DNA from: Setoptus koraiensis
Taxonomy: Eukaryota > Animalia > Arthropoda
Direction: 5' to 3'
Length of the DNA: 64,000 nucleotides
Assembly (NCBI GenBank): GCA_048013815.1
Contig: CM106585.1
Span: forward strand, 13,516,001-13,580,000
Shown here: one piece after another, positions 37,065 to 49,407 of the stretch
Position numbering within the stretch: the first letter of the stretch is position 1
Layout of the letters: every line of letters begins with the position of its first letter
The notes under the pieces: generated by a model
What the model was told of the DNA's origin: nothing
Seen by the model: only the letters and a program-made list of their open reading frames with translations
Database searches by the model: none
Made by a program: the position numbers and the translations under genes

Positions 37065-38510
37065 ATGAAAATGAACAACAACGAAATAATTACATCAACA
37101 TCTGCACAAGCTGTTCAGGCTATTGAAGACAACAATTATGAACGCATGAATCGTCTTTTAACAGAGGTCAAATTGGATTTAAATAAGAATAGCGAGTTAT
37201 TAATGTTAGCAATAGAGCTAGGTAGGCACAAGATAGCTAAAGATTTACTTGAGCACGGAGTTAATTGCTATTATTGCGTTGATGATGACTTAACTCTATT
37301 AATGGCCGCCGCTAAAGTGGGCGACAATTATGCCTTGGAGGCCCTGTTAAATATGGGCGCCAATATCAATCAGCAGGACATATTTGGTTGGTCAGCGTTG
37401 ATGTATGCATCATATTATGGCAAAGCAGATTCCGTTAGACTATTATTAGCGTCAGGCGCCTACCCGAACAATTATGATTCCGATCATATGACCTGCCTAA
37501 TATGGGCCTCAGGTAGGGGACACTTGGAGATAGCGGAATTGTTGATTCAGTATGGGGCCAAAGTGAACGCAGGAGACAAGTATGGCACAACACCGTTGAT
37601 TTGGGCCTGTCGCAAAGGTTTCACTAATATTGCAAGTTGTCTATTGAAGGCAAACGCAAATATTGACGCAACAGGAATGTTTGGCTGGTCAGCATTACTG
37701 GTGTCTGTTCGTGGCAATTATCTGGCCACCACCCAAATGTTATTACAGCACAAGCCTAACGTTAATACGTGTGACGCAACGCGTCAATCGCCATTGATGC
37801 TGGCAGCTAAAGAGGGCAATTTGGACATATTGAAATTATTGTTAAAATCGCACGCATTTGTTAATTTAAGTGACAGTTACGGTCACACAGCGCTTATTCA
37901 TGGGGCCAAATCGGGCCACGTTGATATCGTTGATGCCTTGTATAGGGCCCATGCCGATGTTGATCATGTGGGCCAGGACAAAAAAACCGCCTTGTATTGG
38001 GCCGTCGAGAAGGGCTACGTCGACGTTGTGGAGCGCCTTCTCACTATTGCCAGGCCCAATATAGAGTTTATAACTAAAGAGGGCGACACTTGTTTAATAA
38101 AGGCCGTTAAGGGACGCAAATTGGACATTGTCAAATTGTTGTTGGCTCATCAGGCTAAATTGTCGACGCAAGATAAAAATGGCGACACAGCGTTACATGT
38201 TGCCGTGAGGACACAATCGCGCAATATGGTTAGTTTGATGTTGACAAACACAAAAAATCATTATCTATTACATAAGGTCAACAAGCGCAAAGAGACACCA
38301 TTGAGCATCGATTTGCTCAGCGGTATACCCATGTTTCCGGCCCTTCTGGAGGACAGTCAACAGCAGCTACAACAACAAGTTCATTTCAACCAATCGGCGC
38401 CATCGAGCGGACTACTGTCAACGGTTCTGAAAACAACCAATTTGCTGACGTCGTCGACGTCGTTAACTGTGTCATCCGCAGCCACGGAACATCATAATCA
38501 CCACAACTAA
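37065..38510 (+). CDS. KIDINS220: Ankyrin-repeat protein homologous to the N-terminal region of Kidins220/ARMS, 481 aa, intronless; no KAP-NTPase/TM part
   Basis: ~11 ankyrin repeats with Kidins220-specific stretches: WASGRGH...GAKVNAGDKYGTTPLIWACRKG, GQDKKTALYWAVEKG, DKNGDTALHVAVR, LLHKVNKRKETPLSID. Confidence 0.82.
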   Translation: MKMNNNEIITSTSAQAVQAIEDNNYERMNRLLTEVKLDLNKNSELLMLAIELGRHKIAKDLLEHGVNCYYCVDDDLTLLMAAAKVGDNYALEALLNMGANINQQDIFGWSALMYASYYGKADSVRLLLASGAYPNNYDSDHMTCLIWASGRGHLEIAELLIQYGAKVNAGDKYGTTPLIWACRKGFTNIASCLLKANANIDATGMFGWSALLVSVRGNYLATTQMLLQHKPNVNTCDATRQSPLMLAAKEGNLDILKLLLKSHAFVNLSDSYGHTALIHGAKSGHVDIVDALYRAHADVDHVGQDKKTALYWAVEKGYVDVVERLLTIARPNIEFITKEGDTCLIKAVKGRKLDIVKLLLAHQAKLSTQDKNGDTALHVAVRTQSRNMVSLMLTNTKNHYLLHKVNKRKETPLSIDLLSGIPMFPALLEDSQQQLQQQVHFNQSAPSSGLLSTVLKTTNLLTSSTSLTVSSAATEHHNHHN

Positions 38511-41021
38511 TTGCAAACTATCATCTAGATTGAGTTCATCATTTGCATGCCCAACTCACTCTGACAGTCAAACTTTCGTCTAACCGTTTTCCTCAATGAA
38601 ACAAACAAGATTATTTGATAATAAATTCCAGTCATTACCTCGTCACCTCAGCTGGCGGGCAAATTTGCGACTTTTTAATAAATTGTGTGCGCCAATGATG
38701 GCCTGCTTTTGTCGATTATGGGCCCTGGGTCCAGAACCGTGGTGTCCCGACACAGATAGAGCGACAATGTGTTCGGATAAGGGATCAGATAAAGCTCTGG
38801 GCCAGGCAAATAAGTGGATCATTGGGCTAGCAGAGCTGGAAGGCTGTTTCTCACGGAATAGATATTCTTTTGTGTTTATTTGAATGCGTACAGGTGTTGC
38901 CGCCTTTACCCTAAGACGCTCTCAAACGCCGACATAATGGGTGGCTACATCAATCGCAATTTCAACACTATTATTGCCGTCGATTTAGACTTTTCTTCCT
39001 CGTTTTGTGATATTGTTCCCTTCTAGCTGACTTATTTATCACATACACACACACGTACGAAAACTGGCCTTCCTCACCATTCAAAGTAGTACCATTGGCC
39101 TTTGTGAACACTAGTCCAATGGTATAATATATAAATATATATCTATATATATATAGTGACATTGAACAGTATAAACATTTTTCATTATACATAATGTATG
39201 ATAATTATTGCGTAAGTTGTTCTTCCACTATTAGCAACTAGTGCTGATCATTATAAAGAATACTGTTAGTAGTAGCGGCATTTATCTCAATTCAACGCGC
39301 GCGACCACGTTGATAGTGTGAAAGCCAAGAACAACTTGTTGCCTTCCTATTCATCAACATCGGTAAGGTAGGCTAATGCTGACAGACAGGTGTACTTGTG
39401 TATTGGTGCGTTTGTTTGTTTAATTGTGTAACACGTTATGGAATGAAGCCTTACTTATAAGTCCGGATAGACTCCGGTTGAAATAGAACACAACCTCAAT
39501 GTCATTATTATATCATTTCTAGATTAACAACTGGAATTCCAATTCCTTATTGATGGCTCTTGTTGATGTTACTATTTATTTTGAGCCCTTGAAATCCATT
39601 CATTCTGCTCTCTTCGCCAACCTGCTAACTAAAATAACAAAACCAAACTACTTCAACTACTACTGCTGCTCTAGCACATTGATTTATGTCGCTGCGCTTA
39701 ACTGTTTAGCCAAAACTAGCTAGCCCTTGCAAATAGAACAAGACTCAATATCTAATAACATCAATCTACGCAAACAAAATCTTGTTTCTCGTTTGATAAT
39801 TCCATCCATACAAACAGACACAATGCCAATACTTGCAATAGCAACTCGATTGCAATGCACGTAACAAAACACGAGTCGAATAAGCTAATTTAATCAATTA
39901 ACAAAATATAAGAATAGAGAGCTTCTCACTTGTTAATGGGGTATGTCTTCTCTTGCAAATACATCCATTCGGTGATTTATAACAAGAAACATGCACATGA
40001 ATTGAGGCTACTTGACAGTAATTCCGATCAGCTCCGATACCCAAGTCATATAGACAGGCCGACATATGCATACACTCTGGCAGGTCAACTTAGCACGGTT
40101 ACAAACCAGAAAAAGACTATTACGACACAAGGTAGGCCAACACAAATAACACATGGAAAAGGAAGGCACTTACGCCCAGTGTTAGCTTCTAACGTTGGTC
40201 GTAATGAGGAAATAGTTATCCCGCCAAGTTCGTGTCTTCTTAGGCGGAGTCTAAAAATACTTTTTTGCCACCCGTTTTGTTAGCTCATTAGTCAAGGGCC
40301 GGAATAAGAATTCTAAGCCAAGGGGAAAAAATTTTGCGTACTTTTAAGTACGGTTCAGTTTTGGCGACACGTTTCTCTTGTGGCGAGTTATTTTTGACAT
40401 TTTCTGGGCGCCTTGCGTCATTTGTTACGAGACTAATGTAAAAACGTGTGCGAATAAGAACAACAGAAGAATCAAAATCTATCTTCGCTCAAGTAAGAAA
40501 ATTATATCATCATCGATTAGAAACAAAACTTTCTCTGCCTCTCTGCTGTCAGACCTTTGAGATAGCCGATCAAACATCTCAGTAAACCTATTGAGACATT
40601 ATTCTTTTGTCTGATTGAGCAAACAACCCAATGAATAGGTAACTTCCACAGTCGGCAGAAGTTGCTTGTAGCAAGATATTTTGCGTATCTGTGACCCTAT
40701 GTTAAGCACAATAAATATCTTGTGCGATTCTCAATTTAATCAATCAAACAGTTAGATAAGAGGAATATCGTCGATAAGTGTACTTCGATATAATTCAAGT
40801 AATATATTAAGTGGCAATAGTAGTTGTGCAATCGCTTGAGTTTACAATTTTATTGTACTAATGTGATCTAGTATTAGCGATTGTGAGTGTTATTCAAGAA
40901 CATTTGACAGTATTTCATTAGATCAACTCAGAAACGTAATCAAGCTTACTTTTGATACCAGTCTCGACTGGCATAAGCTACAATTGTTGCATCTTACAGA
41001 AGGATATTACTGGGCACTAAG

Positions 41022-44000
41022 ATGACGACCAAAGCAAAAAGAATAGCTTTATTTAATTTATTATTATTTAAGATGACTAAATCAATCAAAATATTAACAT
41101 TTATGATTATAATTACATTATCAGCACCACCACCAATATCCTACACCAAATCAGCTATTGTGATTATGGCTCAAATCAACCAGGCAACAACCATGGACAA
41201 TAGATCCATTGTTCAAGATACCAAAGATCAATTATTATCATTTGGCCAAAAATTACAGTTGTCATTATCTGGGCCTAAAGATTACGACAGAGAATCAACT
41301 CAGCTATTGTTTCGCGATGATCCAACACCTTATTTCCAATCTGAGTCTAGCGCAATATTCAATGATAAAATGACCTATGACGACTATATGACATTATCAA
41401 TGAAATCAATATTGGCAGTGGCGGGCTATGACAATGATTTGCATCGTTACGACAATCACAAAGATCTAGTGAGATCTATTCCAACTGCACTAGGTATAAA
41501 CAGCAACAACAACAACAAAGATATCAACAACAACAATAACAACTACAACAATAATAACAACAACAATAATAATATCAGGTCATTAAATGGCAACAACAAT
41601 CAGCAGCAAGAAGTCAATAATAATAATTATCTAGACGGGCCCGTAACTTCTGAATACGTCGTGCTGATGCGACAGCAGCGCCAATGTGGCCTACATTTAG
41701 ATCTACTGTTGAGTCAACATAGAAAATTAACATCCAGTTTTAAGTCATATTCACAATCAACTAATCTGAATTTGATTGAATTAATCGATTCATTTGGTTC
41801 ACCCCAAGATTCAACAATGCGCGGCTCCTATAATTGGCTAGGTTCCTACGAGCAATGTCTAACGGCAAAAATCTTTTTACCTGTGTTTAGCTCGCAATCT
41901 AGCCAGCCTGCGGCAACAAGTCCTTCAGATGCAGCAAGCAACCAAAACGATCAACAGTCTACAGTAACACTTAAAAATCTCACACATAATAGCAACAATA
42001 TATTGCCGTTAACGCCTTCGGGTGCCACATTAGTCAATAGTAATCTATTGTCAACAAGCGTGGAGCAATTGCAGAGACAACGGTCAACTGTGAATAGTGG
42101 CCCCAGTACGAATAGTCTGAATAATGTTAAACAAATGGTCAAAACCAGATATTGTATAGCGAGCTTCAGGTCACCAAATTGGTTCAATAATTCATTAAGT
42201 CAGGACTACCCAGGCAGTTTTTCCATTAAGATTGGTGTCTGTTTGCCTGAAACGTGTAACTCTTTGTCGTTGAGAAATTATCGGCCTCAATTAGAGAGAT
42301 TGATCAAATCAACAAGACTTACATTGCTTCCCTATAGCGAGTACAACCTCGTAGGCCTCTATTGTCTTCCCGATGAGAGATCGGAATTGAGACAGCTGAG
42401 CCTGTCAGCTAAGGCATTCATAACATTCATTACTCTGTGGGCCTCCCTTGTTGTGTATTACACAATAAAATACGAGTATTATCTACACAACGAAGCTAAA
42501 GGAACTATGAGCTCCCAGGGAGGCTTCGATCGTTCGCCCTCATCAATTGCCAATTCATCTTTGAGCAAAAGCAACAACAAAAAGCATCATGCTGATGGCC
42601 CATCTAAACTAATGAAAATCTTTTCCTTGCGGCTAAGTTGGAATAAACTGTTTGATCATCAAAGTCAGCACCAGCAAGCGAGCAAAAGCCGTTCGTCAAA
42701 CAACAATTGTGGCAATCAGCATGCTAGCACAAATCTATTGATGCAACCCTTGAATTTAGATATTCTTGGTAAGAGAGCAAACAACGACATAATGCACATG
42801 CTTAATAACAATGACCAGCAACTCAATTTGAACACCATTGTATCCAAACAGAGCGTGTCTAGTGGGAAACTTGATCACCGTCACGCAGTCACAGATCTAC
42901 ATAAGAGTAGTATCAATAAACAATCGCCGCCTTCATCATCATCGTTGTCATCTTCAACAACAACCAGCAAGGCAATGGATGCAATTAACGGTCAAAACAT
43001 CATCGACCTCAGCGTAATCGACGGAATCAAAGTGATCAGTATGATATGGTTGATAGCGGCACATTCGTTGTTATTTTTTATTCGAAACATATCCAATGGT
43101 AGAGAGTTTTGGTCCATACTAAAAGATGCCCGATTCACTACAATTATGGCGGGAATCTTCCCAGTGGATACATTTTTTACTATTACGGGTATATTGACTG
43201 CCTATCTCAAATTCAGAAAAGACGATGGCAAGGCGATGCGTGGAGTAAATTACTGGCTAGACGCCTTCATTCATAGATACTTCAGATTCATGCCAATGTA
43301 CCTGATAATTTATTGGTTCACGAAGGATGTGTCGCAATATGTTGGTGCAGGGCCGTTATGGGACTATGCCACTGCCAATACTAGCCTGAGATCGGTGTGT
43401 AAATCAGAGAGTTGGGCAGTTCCTATATTTTTCGGGGCCAATTTCAAGCCACTCAATGAGCATTGCGTCAAACCAGCTTGGTATTTGGCAAACGATTTTC
43501 AATACTTGCTACTGACGCCATTCTTTTTGGTCTTATTGATGAAGTAAGCCAATGGAACTTCATTCCTATCAGCAATCTATAGCTAAAAAACTTGATGCAA
43601 TTGTATTCTAACTTTATCTATCTTCTTTTAATTCTGATTCTAATATCCAAACTATAATCAGATCGCGGTTGCTTGGATACATACTACTGATCACTATTAT
43701 AGCCGCTAGTTTAGCTATGCAATTTGTCACCGTGTTCTTCTCGAGCATAGAGGACTTTGAAGTGCTGGCTAACTTCAAACCAATGTTTGGAACTTAGTAA
43801 GCATACTATAGAAGCGCTCTATCCATCGCATTCGACAGTGCTTGATTAGCTCTTTCCAACTAACTTGACTCTTTGTTCCTTCCCTTACTTCACTAGCATT
43901 CTGAGTAACCTGTGGAGATTATACGTGTTGCCTTACAATAGAATACCACCTTATCTTATTGGACTTCTCACTGGACACATTCTGTACATGAAAGAGCAAC

Positions 44001-44779
44001 AAATTAGAGAGTCACAACAGATAATTCATGATTATGACACAAACACACCAACTAGGCGTACATCAGCGACATCATACTCATCTTGCACTACCGATGATAG
44101 TTCCATCAACAATGATGGAGATTCGAATTTATACAAAAAAGAAGCGCGGATAAACAAACAAGGCGGCCGGCTCAGGCTTCTATGGTCCATAGTGGCTCTT
44201 GTGTCAATTATTTACCTGCCTCTAGTCACAAAGTTAATTTCACAACACGGCCTTGCTGCTAAAGTAACATCAAGCTCTTTGGTGGCTCTCATGAGATTTG
44301 TTTGGTCGATAGCGGTGGCAAGATTGATTTTTGTTTGTGCCACAAAACGAACATCTAGCTTTATATCTAAATTTTTGTCTTGTTCATTGTGGAAACCTTG
44401 GTCAAAAGTGGGCCTTCCAGCTCTTCTAGTACAATGGGAAATTATCATCTATTTAGCACAGACACAGCGATCACTGCCAGACTTGAACATAATCTACCTG
44501 CTTGGCATAATACTGATCAGTATCGTCATAACTTATTTGTTTGCCATTCCAATCCACTTAGTCTACGAGAATCCTTGGTCATCAATCGAACGCCTTTATA
44601 TTCATCCATTTTTTAGTGAAACTAGTCCCACATCAATTCACAACAGCAGAATAGGCAATGGTCAAGAAAACAGCAATATTATGAAAACAAGTCCTGTTAA
44701 ATTATCGATGCCGTCACTTCAAACTGGTGCCAATCATTTAGACAGACTGCACTTCCGTCACAATGTGGTGGCAACTTGA
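41022..44779 (+). CDS. nrf-6: Nose-resistant-to-fluoxetine-6-like (NRF domain + acyltransferase-3) membrane protein, 1179 aa, 3 exons
   Basis: Exons 41022-43543, 43662-43796 and 43897-44779 with GTAAGC...AG introns; total 3540 nt, in frame. NRF motif LIDSFG...GSYNWLGSYEQC and IGVCLPETC; Acyl_transf_3 motifs IDGIKVISMIWLIAAH, VDTFFTITG, HRYFRFMP, WYLANDFQY, LPYNRIPPYLIG. Confidence 0.94.
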
Positions 44780-45360
44780 TGAGTCTTGTGTGAGATTGAT
44801 CCCAAATTGAGTATATTTTATCTATCTTTACGTTTATTTTTTATGTATATATATGTATAAGAAAAATATTGTACTTGTAGTACTACTGTCGAAATGTTGA
44901 TCTACACCAATAGCTAACTATTAGCGGTGTAGATATGTTTGCGATCAATTTCATTATGATAACTTCCGCCAGATCATGCGAAAATCTCGCTCGCATTCAT
45001 AGCTTAGAAAGCAGAATGTGTTATTCCCTAGCGGACAAACATTCTACTAAAAAAATCTCACGTGTCCAATCAATTGTAAGTGAGCTGTTGAACATACAAC
45101 ATTTATAATAAAAGGTGGCATGCTCTCTTATTCGCGTTTATAATCTAGATCTCTCTTTCTCTAGCTAGGTAATACATATTATATTAGAGTATTTTGTTTA
45201 TTTAATATCATCAGAATTCATCGAGCGTTTTTTCCAAGTTTACATCGGCTATTTTCAGCAGAAAAAAAACAATTTATCGGAAATAATTCATGAAACTAGT
45301 GCCCAAGTGTCTCAAAACCTTCCAATAAATCCCAGACAATACACACATATTATTCAAATC

Positions 45361-46668
45361 ATGATGGCTCAAAGCAAACTAGCCTATAAGGTCCGCGACA
45401 TAAGCCTCGCCGATTTTGGTCGAAAAGAGATCGATATTGCCGAAAATGAAATGCCCGGTCTTATGGCCATAAGAAAAGAATATGGCCCCAGTAAACCCCT
45501 TAAAGGTGCCAGAATTGCCGGCTGTCTACACATGACAATACAAACAGCCGTTTTGATTGAGACTCTCCTAGATTTGGGAGCCGAATGTACCTGGTCCAGT
45601 TGTAACATATTCAGTACACAAGATCATGCGGCAGCTGCTATTGCCCAACGAGGTGTGCCGGTATTTGCTTGGAAAGGTGAAACTGAAGAGGAATTCCTGT
45701 GGTGTATTGAGCAGACAATCATGTTTCCTAGCGGAGAGCCACTGAATTTAATTTTGGATGACGGTGGAGATCTAACCGATTTGGTACACACTAAGTACCC
45801 GCATTTGCTCGCTGGAATCAAAGGTATTAGTGAGGAAACTACAACAGGAGTGCATAAATTGTACAAAATGTTCCAAGATGGAGCACTGAAACTGCCGGCT
45901 ATTAATGTCAATGACTCGGTGACAAAGTCAAAATTCGACAATCTCTATGGCTGTAGACAATCGCTTGCGGATGGCATAATGCGTGCTACCGACGTCATGC
46001 TACCAGGCAAAACAGCAGTTGTTTGTGGGTTTGGCGACGTCGGCAAGGGTTCCGCCCAATCATTGAAGGGTTTCGGTTGTCGTGTCATTGTTACTGAAAT
46101 AGATCCAATTTGCGCTTTACAAGCAGCCATGGAAGGCTACCAAGTGACCACATTGGAGGATGCTGTTTCTCAAGCCTCTATATTTGTAACCGCCACAGGC
46201 TGTAAGGGGATCATTAGAGCTGAACATTTCATGCAAATGCCCGAGGACGCCATTGTTTGTAATATTGGACATTTCGACATAGAAATCGACGTTGATTGGT
46301 TAGAGAAAAATGCAGTCGAGAAAATCAATATCAAACCGCAAACAGATCGATACACACTGAGTAACGGCAGGCATATTATTCTTCTTGCCTCGGGGAGACT
46401 CGTCAACTTGGGTTGTGCAACGGGTCATCCTAGTTTTGTCATGTCGTGCAGTTTCACTAATCAAGTATTAGCTCAGATCGAGTTATGGACTAAACCGGGC
46501 CAGTATAAAGTCGGAGTTCATATGCTACCGAAGAAATTGGATGAGGAAGTTGCCAGGTTACACTTGGAGAAATTGGGTGTCAAATTGACTAAACTCAGTA
46601 AGGAACAAGCAAGTTATCTGAATATATCAGGCGACGGTCCAGTGAAGCCCGATCATTATCGTTATTGA
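45361..46668 (+). CDS. AHCY: S-adenosylhomocysteine hydrolase, 435 aa, intronless
   Basis: Canonical motifs [79 protein letters not shown]-terminal KPDHYRY. Confidence 0.99.
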   Translation: MMAQSKLAYKVRDISLADFGRKEIDIAENEMPGLMAIRKEYGPSKPLKGARIAGCLHMTIQTAVLIETLLDLGAECTWSSCNIFSTQDHAAAAIAQRGVPVFAWKGETEEEFLWCIEQTIMFPSGEPLNLILDDGGDLTDLVHTKYPHLLAGIKGISEETTTGVHKLYKMFQDGALKLPAINVNDSVTKSKFDNLYGCRQSLADGIMRATDVMLPGKTAVVCGFGDVGKGSAQSLKGFGCRVIVTEIDPICALQAAMEGYQVTTLEDAVSQASIFVTATGCKGIIRAEHFMQMPEDAIVCNIGHFDIEIDVDWLEKNAVEKINIKPQTDRYTLSNGRHIILLASGRLVNLGCATGHPSFVMSCSFTNQVLAQIELWTKPGQYKVGVHMLPKKLDEEVARLHLEKLGVKLTKLSKEQASYLNISGDGPVKPDHYRY

Positions 46669-47704
46669 TGAAATGTCAACAAAGTTAATAAATAAATGAT
46701 ACACATCCTCTCGTAGAAAGTGTGGCGTTTTTAACGTACATTATATTGAATCTGGCGCTCTAATGTCCTCGGCCACTCATATATAGAAGTCTAAGTTGCT
46801 TTGGACTGGCCATTGCAGTGCGTCTATCGTTATCGCTGTGTGTTGCTCGAGAAAATATATCAACCAATAAAGCCGTAAACGACTGATAAGCTGCTGATTG
46901 TTTTTTCTTTCTTCTAGCTCGCATTTACAGAGCAATGATGATACATCAAAATTAATCCTAAATATTTCAAGAAAGCATATCAGTTTAACGGTTTAAAACC
47001 AATAATTTACCACAATATCCTCACAGAGAAACTAGAGAGGAAGATCACAGAAATACATTATTGCTTATCTTTGTACTACTATTATCCAAGTCCATCTATA
47101 TCAGATCGATTGAAGAAATCATCACACTCAACACTTGGGAGTTTATTTATGATCGCTCAGATAAATCTCATCAGCTGTAGAGTCTTAGGTTGGATCATGT
47201 GAGAGGTTGAATGAACACTGTAAAACACTTGGTGAAGATTGAGCCAGAATCTGTGTTGTGTGACATTGTTGTAAATATATAATTATCAAGAATCGACTAG
47301 ATTTAACTAGACCAGAAATTAAGGCAACTAATTGGGATGGTAGTGGATAGTCTTTGGATATGCCAGGAAGAGAATACACTGTAACTGTCGATCTCAGTCA
47401 ATCAAATAACCTGCGATTACTAGCGTTACACCTGGGCCTCGCATGAATTAGAACAGGAGTGAACCAAGACTTATCTATCTCGTGACTGCTCTGTTGAATA
47501 CCTATGACTTACGGTCTTAACTAAAAAGGGGATACTGATGGTTTAAATTGAGATAGGGTATTGATTATCGATAATTATGTTGAGACTGTTCGATGGTCTT
47601 AAGCACAATGTTCGCTCGGCACATTGACTAGGCATTTACAAACTAATGGTCAAATTGATTTTTTCTTCATAGAGAAAGCAACTAGGATACGGAGAGAAGT
47701 AAAT

Positions 47705-49348
47705 ATGCTCAATTCGAAGTTTGGACTGAAGCAAACTGCCAATACTGTTGATTCAGGTCCATACTGTAACACCTCAATGGACGGACAACCTTGTGTTATT
47801 GCCAAATATGATTATGTGTCACAAGGCCCTCAAGAGCTCACCATTAAAAAATCAGAGAGGCTTATTTTACTAGATGATAGCAAACACTGGTGGAAAGTAA
47901 TCAATTCAAATAAAGTCACCGGCTTTGTACCAAGTAATTACGTGAAGAGGGAAAGACAATCGTTATTGGACAGTTTTAAGAAGGGAATCAGAGTAAATAC
48001 GAAGAAAAAATCATCAAATAACTCTGACACATCACCTCTGTCACCACCTTTAATAACTCAGAATCTCATGGACACTAATTTGCCAACATCTCCAAACCAT
48101 CTGCCATTCACTATGCAACCTTCAAACAACGGACGAACACAAGCAACCTCGAACAGTGAATTATTAGCCAAAGAGTTGGGCCCTCACTTTAATTCATTTG
48201 TCGCAGTTGATGACGCCTCTCCGAAACCAGCCGATAATATTAGTAACATTAACAAAAATCACAACATGGATAGCGTTACTACTAATGGTCAGGCAAAAAC
48301 ATTCGCATTAGTGAAATACAACTATAAGTCTCAACAAGCAGACGAGTTGTCTTTAATGAAAGGCGCCAGTGTTGTTGTTATTGAAAAATCCAGTGATGGT
48401 TGGTGGAAAGGTGAGTTGTGTGGTAAGATAGGATGGTTCCCTTCAAACTATGTCACAGAAACGCAAGCATCATCTTCTAAGGATCCAAATCCCACAATCC
48501 AAAATCAGTTGCCGAAGAAGGATCCCGATGTTAATAATGCATCTAATCAACCGAATACAACTGGTCACAAAGGTTCGCCAGTCGGCGAAAATTTATTGAA
48601 TAACAATAATCTTATAACTAATGACAATAAGATTCTTTCATCAACTTCCTCTCAAAAGACAGTACTATACGTAGTCGTAGCATTATACTCTTTTCAATCG
48701 CAGAATGACGAGGAACTGAGCTTTGAAAAAGACGAGTACTTAGACATTATTGAAAAGCCTCTCAACGATCCTGATTGGTGGAGAGCCTGCAATCAGAATG
48801 GTGAAGTCGGCCTTGTTCCAAGAAACTATGTTCAATTAGTCCCTGATATGAGTTCAATTAGAAATTGGTCAGACAATTCTCCCACTAGACAGTCATTCGA
48901 TACAAATAGGAATCACCCTAGTGAATCACTGAACAACTCAAACTTGGAAACATCCGATCCCAAGAAAATTAAAGATCAACAATTATCAAAAGAAATTTCC
49001 AAGCTCTCAGATGAGATAAACAGTTTGAACCTAATGGATAACGTTTGGTACCATGGGCAAATGGGCCGCAATTTATGCGACCAGCTCCTTAACGCTTACG
49101 CTGAGGACGGAGATTTTGTAATAAGGAATTCAGAGACAAACGCTGGGGACTTTTCTGTGTCACTGAAGGCACCCACACGCAATAAACATTTTAGAGTCCA
49201 CTATGTCGATAGACTGTTCTGTATAGGTCAGCGTAAATTTAAGACGTTGGATGATCTTATAGAGCACTACAAGAAAACACCTATCTATACGAGTCCAACC
49301 GGCGAGAAAATGTTCTTGAAGAAACCCTATCCTCGCGAAGTCATGTAA
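47705..49348 (+). CDS. NCK: Nck/Dreadlocks adaptor (SH3-SH3-SH3-SH2), 547 aa, intronless CDS
   Basis: SH3-1 AKYDY...[11 protein letters not shown]...VPSNYV; SH3-2 KSSDGWWKG...GWFPSNYV; SH3-3 DPDWW...GLVPRNYV; SH2 WYHG...GDFVIRNSE...GDFSVSLKA...NKHFRV. Confidence 0.97.
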   Translation: MLNSKFGLKQTANTVDSGPYCNTSMDGQPCVIAKYDYVSQGPQELTIKKSERLILLDDSKHWWKVINSNKVTGFVPSNYVKRERQSLLDSFKKGIRVNTKKKSSNNSDTSPLSPPLITQNLMDTNLPTSPNHLPFTMQPSNNGRTQATSNSELLAKELGPHFNSFVAVDDASPKPADNISNINKNHNMDSVTTNGQAKTFALVKYNYKSQQADELSLMKGASVVVIEKSSDGWWKGELCGKIGWFPSNYVTETQASSSKDPNPTIQNQLPKKDPDVNNASNQPNTTGHKGSPVGENLLNNNNLITNDNKILSSTSSQKTVLYVVVALYSFQSQNDEELSFEKDEYLDIIEKPLNDPDWWRACNQNGEVGLVPRNYVQLVPDMSSIRNWSDNSPTRQSFDTNRNHPSESLNNSNLETSDPKKIKDQQLSKEISKLSDEINSLNLMDNVWYHGQMGRNLCDQLLNAYAEDGDFVIRNSETNAGDFSVSLKAPTRNKHFRVHYVDRLFCIGQRKFKTLDDLIEHYKKTPIYTSPTGEKMFLKKPYPREVM

Positions 49349-49407
49349 ATAAAACGAACGAGATGTTAAGTAGGTAGTATTTAATTCAGGATATATTATT
49401 GGTGCGA

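Noticed and set aside
36265-40283. ORFs 36265-36588, 38596-38883 and 39930-40283 as missing Kidins220 exons or separate genes
   Set aside because: No KAP-NTPase or other motifs; cannot be supported without expression data.
45361-46668. Horizontal transfer of intronless AHCY ([10 protein letters not shown] variant)
   Set aside because: Length and lack of the ~40-aa insertion fit the animal/fungal type; intron loss is general in this window.
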